Source of the DNA: Myxococcota bacterium
GTDB taxonomy: Bacteria > Myxococcota_A > UBA9160 > UBA4427
Length of the DNA stretch: 64,000 bases
Reading direction: 5' to 3'
NCBI GenBank assembly: GCA_046583095.1
Contig: JAYGDB010000078.1
Coordinates: forward strand, 7,220 to 71,219
Positions 8,454 through 17,036 of this stretch are shown here, piece by piece; the first letter of the stretch is position 1; every line of letters begins with the position of its first letter. A program made the translations under genes and the position numbers. Below the pieces are notes generated by a model. The model was not told where the DNA came from. It worked only from the letters and a program-made list of their open reading frames with translations, and did not search any database.

Positions 8454-9816
8454 TGTCTCTCTCGGAGCGCTCGGCGATCAGGCCCGCACTCTGTTCGTCG
8501 AGGATCTCCATCACCCGCCGAGAGCTGTTCGCCAGCGTGTCGTAGAGGAGAACCAGCGGAATCGCCGTCATCAGTCCCAGCATCGTGGTCACCAGCGCCT
8601 CCGAGATACCACCTGCCATCATCTTCGGATCGCCGGCTCCGAAGAGCGTGATTGCCTGGAAGGTCTGGATCATGCCGGTGACGGTGCCGAGGAGCCCGAG
8701 AAGCGGAGCCAGTACCGACACCGTCTTCACGAGCCACTGGAAGCGCAGCAATTTCGACGACTCGCGCAACACCACTTCGTCGAGCTTCAGCTCCAGCGTC
8801 TCGGTGTCCGCATTCTGGTTTGCCTCGAATACCGAGAGCACGCGACCCAGGGGGTTTCCGGTATCGACCCGATCGCTCTTCTGCTGTGCCACCACCTTGC
8901 GACTGGTGAGAGTCACCGCCGTCCAGCGGACGATCCCCAGCACGAAGGCGAGCGTGCCGAGTACGATGATCACCGCTCCCACATAGCCGCCCTGCTGGAC
9001 GCGCTCCCAAGGGCCGGGCGTCTCCGTCAGGGCGCTCAGAAGCTGACCGCGCGAGGGGTCGACGGCCAGAACCGACATGCCCCCGCTGGAGGCCTCGAAG
9101 GGAGCGATCGTGTTGACGTACTTCGAAGGAGGCTGCCGGGTCAGCTCGATCAGCTTTTCCTGCGCAGATTCCCAGAGCAGGTACCGCCCACCGGAGACGA
9201 CGCTGAAGGGTCCCGCGCGCACGACCTCCCGCTCTTCGACGTTGCCCTCGAGCGTGAGGACGCGCGCCTTGTATCGAACGACCTGGCCCTGCTCCGTCAT
9301 TTCGCGCTGCAGCTCGTACCACAGCTGTTCGAGGTCCTCGGTGGAAGGCAGCACCTTGCTTCGTCCGAGCTTGTCGAGCAGGTCCTTTCGGGGCCCGAGT
9401 TGAGAACTCGTGAGTGATTCCCACACCTGGCCGCTCGTATCTGTCGCGACCAGTCGCACGATGCCAAACAACTCGCCGAGCTGGCCAAGCCGCTCCGCTA
9501 GCCGCTCCTCGCGCTCGGCGAGGACGATTTCGGTCTCGTTGTAGGTCGTCTCGAGCTCGAGGCTCAGCGCCTCCTTCTGAGCGAGGGTGGCCTTGGCCTC
9601 CTCCAACAGGCGCGCCTGCTCTTCCCTGGCGAGTGCGAACGCCTCGGTGCGTCGAGTGTTCTCCACCCGCTCCACCTCCAAGCCGCCCTTCACCATCTCG
9701 AGCAGTTCGAAGAGTGACTGGGGCTCCGAATTCGTCTCGGCCTGCTGGGCCTGGGCAAGCGGGGCGACGAGTGCAACCGCGCACAGGAGAGACAACGTCC
9801 TGACCGAGCGGGCCAT
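8446..9816 (-). CDS. Long MotA/TolQ/ExbB family protein (TtpC-like)
   Basis: I chose the internal start MARSVRTLSLL (ATG at 9816); the upstream part of the 738-aa track ORF is Arg-rich junk. The protein has a signal-like N-terminus, a roughly 250-aa coiled-coil/periplasmic region and a C-terminal ExbB channel (LLGLLGTVTGMIQTF). A TGATG overlap links it to the upstream DUF3450 gene. Confidence 0.85.
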   Translation of the reverse strand: MARSVRTLSLLCAVALVAPLAQAQQAETNSEPQSLFELLEMVKGGLEVERVENTRRTEAFALAREEQARLLEEAKATLAQKEALSLELETTYNETEIVLAEREERLAERLGQLGELFGIVRLVATDTSGQVWESLTSSQLGPRKDLLDKLGRSKVLPSTEDLEQLWYELQREMTEQGQVVRYKARVLTLEGNVEEREVVRAGPFSVVSGGRYLLWESAQEKLIELTRQPPSKYVNTIAPFEASSGGMSVLAVDPSRGQLLSALTETPGPWERVQQGGYVGAVIIVLGTLAFVLGIVRWTAVTLTSRKVVAQQKSDRVDTGNPLGRVLSVFEANQNADTETLELKLDEVVLRESSKLLRFQWLVKTVSVLAPLLGLLGTVTGMIQTFQAITLFGAGDPKMMAGGISEALVTTMLGLMTAIPLVLLYDTLANSSRRVMEILDEQSAGLIAERSERDSA

Positions 9817-10667
9817 CAGCCTTCCTCCCCGCGCGGCGCCACCGGCGACGGCAGCGGCAGCTCGATCAGGTCGGGCGCGGCCTGCTTGCGGGCGATTCGT
9901 AGACCGGCTCGGATCGCCGAGCGATGGCTCGTATCGAGCGGAAGCCAGGAACGGGTTTCCTGACTCCAGACACCGGTCTCGCTTTCGTCCAGAGACTGGT
10001 AGACCAGCGCGATCCGGCCGAAGCGCAGGAAGTCGACGGTCCTCTCTCGGTCGCCGAGCTTGAGACTCCCGCGATAGGCCTCGATGGTGCGCCCATAATC
10101 GTTCTCGATCTGATAGGCCTCCATGATCTGCCGGAACTTCTCGGCACCCGTCACGTCTGCGCGCTTCATGGTCTGACCGAGCCCGGCGACCCGCGCCTCC
10201 CGTTCCTCCAGTAGGAACGGGACGTCGAGTCGAACGAAGCGTTCGATCGAGTCGATCATGCGCAGCATCAGCGGTGTGACGTTGCGGCCAACCCGGTCCA
10301 CACGGTGAAGCTGTTCGCCGAGCGATACAAGCTCCTGCTTCTGTGCAGTGATCAGGTCGCGCATCTGCTGGTTGTACAGGTCGATCGCGTCGATCTGCTT
10401 GAGCGTGGTGCGAAAGTGCGCGACCAGGGCACCGGTTTCGTCGCTGATCGTGTCGATCTCCTCCTGCACCGCTGCAGCCGAATCGTTCCCTTCGCTGCGG
10501 ACGCCAACCATATCGGTGAGCTGCGTCGTATCGTCGATCGCGTGCTCCGCGACCGGGGCGGCGGGTTCGTCCGGCGTCTCGACCGCGCCTTGCGCGGCAA
10601 CGCTCCCGGAGAGCCCTAGGACTCCTAGACTGACGGCCACCGCAACCCGGTGGCTTGACCATTTCAT
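9816..10667 (-). CDS. DUF3450-like periplasmic coiled-coil protein (TtpB-like)
   Basis: The start at MKWSSHRVAVAVSLGVLGLSGSVAAQG (ATG at 10667) is preceded by AGGAGA. The protein has a signal peptide and a coiled-coil body. It is the first gene of the Ttp/TonB2-type set. Confidence 0.75.
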   Translation of the reverse strand: MKWSSHRVAVAVSLGVLGLSGSVAAQGAVETPDEPAAPVAEHAIDDTTQLTDMVGVRSEGNDSAAAVQEEIDTISDETGALVAHFRTTLKQIDAIDLYNQQMRDLITAQKQELVSLGEQLHRVDRVGRNVTPLMLRMIDSIERFVRLDVPFLLEEREARVAGLGQTMKRADVTGAEKFRQIMEAYQIENDYGRTIEAYRGSLKLGDRERTVDFLRFGRIALVYQSLDESETGVWSQETRSWLPLDTSHRSAIRAGLRIARKQAAPDLIELPLPSPVAPRGEEG

Positions 10668-10788
10668 GAGACTGTCTCCTGACCGAAACGGCGACCCGGA
10701 CCTGGGGTTGAAGACGGTCGGGGGGACACGATCGGATCGGCGAGTATTACGGACCTTTGGGCCGGGTGCACTGCGCCCGTTCGGACCC

Positions 10789-12843
10789 TCAGCGCGCGGG
10801 CAACCGGGAAACGGGCTCACGCAAGCCCGTCAGAACCTGCCTGGCCTGGGCTGCGGAAAATAGCGGGAGCACGGCTACCGGCGCGGGCGACCCGAGTTGC
10901 GACCCTGCCCTAGACCGGACGACGGCCACCAAGGCCTTCGACAGCCAGTCGTCCTCGCCTGCGAGATCGACAGCCGCCTGCCGCGCCTCGGCAAGCCGAC
11001 CCGCGTGCAGGAGCGACCACACCAGGCGACGCGCAGCAGACCGCGCCTGTGGATCCACGAGGATCCGGGCGCGATCGACCTGCACGGCTCGCTCGTACAG
11101 GCCGAGCGCCGCGTACAGGGCTCCGAGGTGCTCCAGTGCCGCCGGTCGGCGCGAACCCGAGGAGCGTGCCCCGGCCTCCAGACGAGAGAGGTGCGTCGGC
11201 ACGACGCCGTGATCTACGGCCCACGCCGGCGCCTCGCGGATCACGCGATCCAGGTCCAAGCCGCGGTCGGAATCGAATGGCACCCCGTGGCCCGCGTAGT
11301 AGTCGGCCACGCGCTTCCGGTTGGCCCGGTTGCGCGGGTTGTCCCTCAGGTAAACGGCGCTTCGCGGGGTTCGGAACACGAGCAGCCAGCCGCCAGTCGC
11401 TTCCAGATGGGTGGTCGTGTGGATGGCAGGACGATTCGGCGGCCGCACCACGGGCAGGCCGGTGCCGAAGAAGACGTCGATTCCGAGCCGGTCCAGAGTG
11501 TCGGTGAACGACTCCGCCGGCGTCGCACCGAGTCGACGCTCGATCTGGATACGCGCCTGCATGATGTGCTTGGGGAAGTTGAGCGAGCCGTTCACGAAGA
11601 CCTGCATGCGCGGAGCCAGCCAGAATCCGAGGAAGTTCCCGCTCTCGTAGCCGTTGAAGAGACGCCCCTCGAGCTGGGCATCCTGCAGGAACCAGACCGC
11701 ATGGGCGTAGCTCTTCGTCGCCGGATAGGGCTCGGCGTAGCGCACGCGCTGCACGCCTCGGGAGATCATCGGCCAATCTCCGTATGAGACGAAGGCCGGC
11801 ACCAGCAGCACGGCGAGCGCAGCGATCAGTACCGGAACCAGACGCGAACGATCTCCGAAGAACCCACGGACGTGCGCACAGTGCCCGAGGAAGAGCAACG
11901 GGAAGATCCCGAGCCACAACAGACGAACCGCGGAGAGAAGACCGACGAGCGAGACCATCGCGAGCGCGGCCAGCGCAAGATCCGCGCCTCGACCCGAGCG
12001 CCAGCCGCGCAGCCCCAGAACCGCGGCCACGGGCGTCAGCACGAGCAGGCTCCAGACGACGAGCCACGACAACAGACTGGGCGGCAGGTTCGCCAGCGGC
12101 AGCTGGAAGAGCGAGACCGAAGCCCATTCGTCGACGACGACACCCAGAGCAGGCGTCTCGGCGCCGGCTGCCAGGTAGAGCAGATGAGGCCGAACTCCTT
12201 CTGGATTCAACAGTGTTGCCAGCAGACCGAACGCCAGCGCCAGGCCAAGGCCAACAGCTCGCGCCCGATCCGTCGCGTCCCTGCGAACCACGGCCGTGAT
12301 CGCAGCTCCGATCGCGGCTGCGCCGATCAACGTCGGGCCCAAGACGAACGCGCCGTGGGCGTTCACCCAGAAGGCGCAGAGCCCAACCGACAGGAAGATC
12401 CGCTGTCGCGAAGGAGGACGCCCGTCCGCGACCAGGATCCGGACGAGGAGTAGAGCTGTCAGCATGCTGAGGAGATGAGGGCGGAGCTGGAACAGGCGAT
12501 AGGCCGACAGAACGACGAAGAGGCCGGTGCCGAGGTGTGCAAACAGTCGGGAACCGCTCGTTCGTCGGAGCGACGACCAGGCCAGGCCGAGGATCGCGAC
12601 GACGAGCAAGACGTGGAAGACGCGCAGGCCCGTGAAGCCGAACAACCGCTCGACCCGGTACAGACCGATGTCCGTCAGCCAGGCAGCCGGCTCGGGAGGG
12701 CCTATTGCCGTATGCAGCAGCGGGTCTGCGGAAAGCCAGGGCCCGGCCGTCGCGTAGACCTTTCCGAGGGACAGGCGCAGCCAGGTGTCTTCACTGAAGA
12801 CTGGCTGCCCCGCGGACACGAGGACGAGCGCCACCAGCGCCAA
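10789..12843 (-). CDS. Polytopic inner-membrane protein with large C-terminal soluble region ending in TPR-like helices; function unknown
   Basis: 684-aa ORF with a TTG start. It has about 10 or more hydrophobic helices in the first 350 aa, reminiscent of GT-C/YfhO-type envelope enzymes. The C-terminus has TPR-like ALEHLGALYAALGLYERAV. Coding-like composition holds throughout. No catalytic motif was recognised. Confidence 0.7.
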   Translation of the reverse strand: MALVALVLVSAGQPVFSEDTWLRLSLGKVYATAGPWLSADPLLHTAIGPPEPAAWLTDIGLYRVERLFGFTGLRVFHVLLVVAILGLAWSSLRRTSGSRLFAHLGTGLFVVLSAYRLFQLRPHLLSMLTALLLVRILVADGRPPSRQRIFLSVGLCAFWVNAHGAFVLGPTLIGAAAIGAAITAVVRRDATDRARAVGLGLALAFGLLATLLNPEGVRPHLLYLAAGAETPALGVVVDEWASVSLFQLPLANLPPSLLSWLVVWSLLVLTPVAAVLGLRGWRSGRGADLALAALAMVSLVGLLSAVRLLWLGIFPLLFLGHCAHVRGFFGDRSRLVPVLIAALAVLLVPAFVSYGDWPMISRGVQRVRYAEPYPATKSYAHAVWFLQDAQLEGRLFNGYESGNFLGFWLAPRMQVFVNGSLNFPKHIMQARIQIERRLGATPAESFTDTLDRLGIDVFFGTGLPVVRPPNRPAIHTTTHLEATGGWLLVFRTPRSAVYLRDNPRNRANRKRVADYYAGHGVPFDSDRGLDLDRVIREAPAWAVDHGVVPTHLSRLEAGARSSGSRRPAALEHLGALYAALGLYERAVQVDRARILVDPQARSAARRLVWSLLHAGRLAEARQAAVDLAGEDDWLSKALVAVVRSRAGSQLGSPAPVAVLPLFSAAQARQVLTGLREPVSRLPAR

Positions 12844-12883
12844 GGCCCCACCGCCAGCAACCCAGCAGGCTCGCGTCAGGTTC

Positions 12884-14149
12884 CTACTCCCCGGTCCACC
12901 GAAAGCGGAAACCTAGACCTATGCGATAGAGCCACGGATCGATCTTGAAGGACCAGTCCGTGCTGTAAGGGGTGGTTGCAAACTGGCCGACCCCACCCTG
13001 CGCGGGTGCCCGGAACAGGACACTGCATAAGAAGTTGACCTCTCCCTGGAATTGGAAGCCAGGGGGAGGCTCGAGCACGTTATTCGGACACGACGCACTC
13101 GTCGAGGCGGAGAGTCGCACCTTCCGATCCCCGAGCACACGGTATCCACGCGCATCGAGAAAGAGCGAAGTCTGGATCGGACCGGCCTGAACAACCTCCA
13201 TCTCGAGCTCCAGACCGGGACCGATCGCGTTGAAGGCCTGCGTCGAGCTGTCGTGCAGCTCGACCAGCCGAATGACCGGGATCGGTGCTTCTTTTTCTGA
13301 CCCCGAGTTCACCCTGGGACCAAAGGGGTGGTCCTGGTCAAACTGGGGTCGCGTGTTGAACTCGTAGGGGGGCTTGAATGCGCGAAGCACTGCGCCAGTC
13401 ACGTTGACCTCGTAGCGGATCCAGCCGAAGGAGGCCTTCAACATCAACTTCCTGCCGAATAGCTCGGCGGGAACCGCGACACCGATCGCAGCACCGAAGA
13501 CGCCCTGCTCGACCGTTGCAGTCGTCCTGGCTCCAACGCCGGTGATCCCCTCTTCACTGAAGCAGCCAAAGCCAAAGGGGCAGCTACAACCGTCGCCAAA
13601 GCGTCCGTTTCCTCCGACGTTGACGAGCCTCCCGTTGACTGTCGAGATTTCGTGGGGTTCGCAGGGGTTCGGCGGAAAGCCGGGCGGTGACTCGATGGGA
13701 ATCCGATTGTCCGGCACGTCGAAGACCTTCGGGTCGCCCTCCTTCGCAACATCCAGGTCGGCTCCGAACGTCGGCAAGTACTCGCCGTTCACGAAGAAGC
13801 GGATGCCGCCCGGGATCTCGGCTGTCATCAGCTCCGCGTTGACCCCGACGTACGGCGAGACCGCGAAAGTCCGACCGTCGGCGCTCTCCTGCAACGGCCC
13901 GATGGCTGCTCCCTCCGCGTCGTCGATCGTGCTGTCGACGCTCGCTTTCTGCCGCTGGACGGTGAAGCCGCTCGTCACCGCCAGGGAGGGCTGCCAGTCA
14001 CGCAAACGCAGCTCTTGATACAGCCACTCGTAGCCCGGCATCGGCTCCGATTGCTTGCTCTCCTGCTCCGATGCCGCTGACACTTGGAGCGCCGCAAGCA
14101 CCAAGAGACCTGCAGCCAGCGTCGAAGCTAGATTGACCGGACGAAGCAT
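12884..14149 (-). CDS. Secreted, beta-rich, Cys-cluster protein of unknown function (possible outer-membrane protein)
   Basis: 421-aa ORF with a signal peptide (LAAGLLVLAALQVSAAS). Alternating hydrophobic beta-strand-like patterns run through it. A central Cys cluster reads NPCEPHE...GDGCSCPFGFGCF. The C-terminus reads RIGLGFRFRWTGE. I recognised no family. Confidence 0.65.
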   Translation of the reverse strand: MLRPVNLASTLAAGLLVLAALQVSAASEQESKQSEPMPGYEWLYQELRLRDWQPSLAVTSGFTVQRQKASVDSTIDDAEGAAIGPLQESADGRTFAVSPYVGVNAELMTAEIPGGIRFFVNGEYLPTFGADLDVAKEGDPKVFDVPDNRIPIESPPGFPPNPCEPHEISTVNGRLVNVGGNGRFGDGCSCPFGFGCFSEEGITGVGARTTATVEQGVFGAAIGVAVPAELFGRKLMLKASFGWIRYEVNVTGAVLRAFKPPYEFNTRPQFDQDHPFGPRVNSGSEKEAPIPVIRLVELHDSSTQAFNAIGPGLELEMEVVQAGPIQTSLFLDARGYRVLGDRKVRLSASTSASCPNNVLEPPPGFQFQGEVNFLCSVLFRAPAQGGVGQFATTPYSTDWSFKIDPWLYRIGLGFRFRWTGE

Positions 14150-14233
14150 GGCCGCCTAGAGTGTGGCATGCGCAACCCGCGTGCAATCATGCGGCCGGAC
14201 AGAATCTACCGAGGGGAGGTCGACGCGAAACCC

Positions 14234-17014
14234 ATGCAGATCCGGGGTCTGCTTCTCACGGGCCTCTTCTTGTTGGCAGCCTGGACGGCCGGGGCTGGGG
14301 TTGCGCGGGCCCAGCAAGACTCGACGGACGCTCCCGAGTCGACCGAAGCGGTCCGATCCAGCGAGGCCGAGTACACCCCGGGCATCGAAGAGCGAGTCGT
14401 TCTCGCCGGTGAGTCCGAGGGTGCCCAGGATTTCCAGGCCGGCGACTCGGTGAAGGGATTCGACGCCTCCGACCTCGAGGCCCTCGGGGCACAGAACATC
14501 GCCGACCTCGCCAAGTTCACCCCAAACCTCGAGATCGTCACAGCCGGCGCGACAACGCCCACCTTCTTTATTCGGGGCGTGGGGCTCAACGACTTCAACG
14601 CGAACTCGTCGGGCGCAGTTGCCATCTATCAGGACGACGTGCCGCTGAACGCCGCCGCGCTCCAGCTCGGGACGCTCTTCGACATGGGGGGCGTCAACGT
14701 GCAGCGCGGCCCGCAAGGTACCGGCCCGTACCGCAATGCTTCGGCCGGCGCGATCAAGCTCTATGCCCGCAAGCCCTCCGGCGGCTACGGGGGCTACCTC
14801 CGCTCGAGCTACGGCAAGTTCGATGCTGTGGACCTCGAGGGCGCGGTGGAGGCGCCGATCTATCAAGACATCCTCTCGTGGCGGGAGGCATTCCGCTACC
14901 AGGACCGTAAGGGCTTCGGCGAGAACGGCTGCGGCGGCGCACCTCCCTTCGACCAGCGCGAGATCCTGGGGCCGTTTGTCCTGGACGCCGGCTTCCGAAA
15001 CAGCTTTGCGATCGACCCCGACCACCCGGCCACCGGTCATGAGAGGTACCTCGCCGCTGTGGCGGCGCTCGGCGTCGATCCGTCCCGCGTAAGGAACCCG
15101 GATGAGCGAGGCGGCTTGGACCCGGACATCTCGATCTGCGGCGAACTCGTGGACCGGATCTTCGTCAAGGGCGGCAACGGAACGTCCCCGATTCCGCCAG
15201 GCCTTCCGACAGACATCAACAACCAACACAACTGGGCAGCTCGCGGAGTCCTGCGCTTCTTGCCGAGCCTGGACATGGACTGGGTGCTGAACCTGCACGG
15301 AGGCCGGCGAGACGAGCAGTCCCGACTCGGACAGTCCATCGGGGTCCGGGGGACGCTCTGCGATCCAGAGCAAGACATCGACGATTGCTCAGGACAGGAC
15401 CCGACGGCCAGGATCGAAAACAGGTTCGGAGGCCAGGACGGCGGCGAGTATGTGAATCCCGACGCGCGCGGGCTGTTCACCGATTTCCTCGCCGCCGAAT
15501 TCGAGGCCTGCGGCGCTGCCTGCGTGGGCAACACCCAGCCTCCCATCCGGCAGCGAAAGATCGCCCGAAATGATGCCGGGATCTCCACGGCCAATTACCT
15601 CGCGAGCAACTTCGACCCGCTACCCCACCGCGGCGACTACAATCGAGTGGGCCAGACGAAGAACGACGTCTGGGGTGTCTCGCTCCAAGGTAATGTGACC
15701 CTTCCAGGCGACATCGAATTCCGGACCGTCAGCGGCTACGACAGCTACGACCGCTTCACGTCGGTCGATCTCGACTTCTCCCCCAACGTGCTGTTCGAGA
15801 TCACCACCGACGACGACGGCTGGCAGCTCACCCAGGATCTCTCGCTCGGCGCCCACCCCTTCGAGGACATCCCGCTTCATGTTTCGGTCGGCGCCTTCTA
15901 CCTGATGGAGGAGATCAACGTCGCCATCCAGAACGACTTCGGCATTCTCTCGGTCCTGGCAGTCGCCGGTCGCAACTACACGCAGAAGATCTTCAGCGCT
16001 GCAGGCTACCTGCAGGCCGAGGTCGAGTTCTGGGACGACTTCACCCTGGACGGGGGCTTCCGGTACAACTGGGATCGCAAGGAGATCGACTACAGACTGA
16101 ATCGCGCCATGATCACCCTCGCGACCAATCGAGTGGACGAGTGGCAGGCTCCCACCGGCCAGATCCGACTCACCTATCGGTTCCGCGAGGATACCCACGC
16201 GTATTGGAAGTACACCCGAGGCTGGAAGGGTGGCCATTACAACGCGACGAGCTCGCTCAACGAGGGCGTGACCCTCGCACAACCCGAGCAGATCGACGCG
16301 TTCGAAATGGGGATGCGGGGCGCCTGGTTCGACGGGCGGGCGGCGCTTGGCCTCTCCCTCTTCTACTACGACTATAAGGACTACCAGCTCTTCGTCGCCG
16401 AGGACGGGCCGGGTACTCCCGAATTCAAAGTCCTCAACGCGAGCGACGCTCGGGTGTTCGGCGCCGAGCTCGATTTGAAGCTTCAGCCCCGGCCCGGTAC
16501 CTACCTGAACGCGAATTTCGGGTGGCTCGAGAGCGAGTTCATCGACTTCGTCCAGATCCAGCTCAGGCAGCAGACGATCGGAGACCAGGCGATCACACTC
16601 CGCTCGGTGATCCAGAACTCCGGCCACCGCCTACTCAACTCGCCGCAGTTCAAGTTGAGCCTGACTGCCGAGCAGGAGATCCAGCTGGGCCGGTTCGGCA
16701 AGCTGGTTGGCCGCTGGGACGGCGCGTGGACCGACGACAGATACTTCGATGCAACGAGCGGGCGCGGGGTGCCGAACAACCAGGACATCTTGATCCTGCC
16801 CGAGAACACGATCGGCCAGAAGGCCAACTGGATTCACAACCTGCGGCTCGCCTACCAGCCTACGGACCGCGTCGAGCTGGCCGCCTGGGTCCGCAATCTG
16901 ACGAACGAGAACTACAAGACCTTCGCATTCGACGGCACCGCGTTCCGAGAGACCACGATCTACTTCGTCGGCGACCCGCGGACCTACGGGATCTCGCTCG
17001 CCGTTCACTTCTAG
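14234..17014 (+). CDS. TonB-dependent outer-membrane receptor
   Basis: The ATG at 14234 gives the signal peptide MQIRGLLLTGLFLLAAWTAGAGVARA. The plug region reads FIRGVGLNDFN...AIYQDDVPLN. A long beta-barrel follows, with the canonical C-terminal aromatic ending (YGISLAVHF). The substrate is unknown. Confidence 0.9.
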   Translation: MQIRGLLLTGLFLLAAWTAGAGVARAQQDSTDAPESTEAVRSSEAEYTPGIEERVVLAGESEGAQDFQAGDSVKGFDASDLEALGAQNIADLAKFTPNLEIVTAGATTPTFFIRGVGLNDFNANSSGAVAIYQDDVPLNAAALQLGTLFDMGGVNVQRGPQGTGPYRNASAGAIKLYARKPSGGYGGYLRSSYGKFDAVDLEGAVEAPIYQDILSWREAFRYQDRKGFGENGCGGAPPFDQREILGPFVLDAGFRNSFAIDPDHPATGHERYLAAVAALGVDPSRVRNPDERGGLDPDISICGELVDRIFVKGGNGTSPIPPGLPTDINNQHNWAARGVLRFLPSLDMDWVLNLHGGRRDEQSRLGQSIGVRGTLCDPEQDIDDCSGQDPTARIENRFGGQDGGEYVNPDARGLFTDFLAAEFEACGAACVGNTQPPIRQRKIARNDAGISTANYLASNFDPLPHRGDYNRVGQTKNDVWGVSLQGNVTLPGDIEFRTVSGYDSYDRFTSVDLDFSPNVLFEITTDDDGWQLTQDLSLGAHPFEDIPLHVSVGAFYLMEEINVAIQNDFGILSVLAVAGRNYTQKIFSAAGYLQAEVEFWDDFTLDGGFRYNWDRKEIDYRLNRAMITLATNRVDEWQAPTGQIRLTYRFREDTHAYWKYTRGWKGGHYNATSSLNEGVTLAQPEQIDAFEMGMRGAWFDGRAALGLSLFYYDYKDYQLFVAEDGPGTPEFKVLNASDARVFGAELDLKLQPRPGTYLNANFGWLESEFIDFVQIQLRQQTIGDQAITLRSVIQNSGHRLLNSPQFKLSLTAEQEIQLGRFGKLVGRWDGAWTDDRYFDATSGRGVPNNQDILILPENTIGQKANWIHNLRLAYQPTDRVELAAWVRNLTNENYKTFAFDGTAFRETTIYFVGDPRTYGISLAVHF

Positions 17015-17036
17015 AAGCCCGACCCAAGACTCCTCG

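Noticed and set aside
8363-9784. 473-aa minus-strand and 348-aa plus-strand (8371..9417) ORFs over the ExbB/TtpC region
   Set aside because: They are alternate-frame or antisense to genes with clear MotA/ExbB motifs. Their sequence is Arg/Gly-rich and low in complexity.
10910-12127. 405-aa minus-strand alternate-frame ORF and plus-strand ORFs 10897..11787 and 11872..12453
   Set aside because: They overlap the 684-aa polytopic membrane gene, whose frame yields regular hydrophobic helices. The alternatives are Arg-rich.
14150-14233. Possible Fur box or riboswitch upstream of the TBDR
   Set aside because: The region is only 84 bp and GC-rich. It has no AT-rich 19-bp Fur-like palindrome and no room for a cobalamin- or TPP-type riboswitch. 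Only a weak direct repeat (GCGCAA/GTGCAA) is present.
14156-16627. 405-aa (14156..15373) and 335-aa (15620..16627) minus-strand ORFs
   Set aside because: They are antisense to the TonB-dependent receptor, which has canonical plug, barrel and terminal-Phe features.
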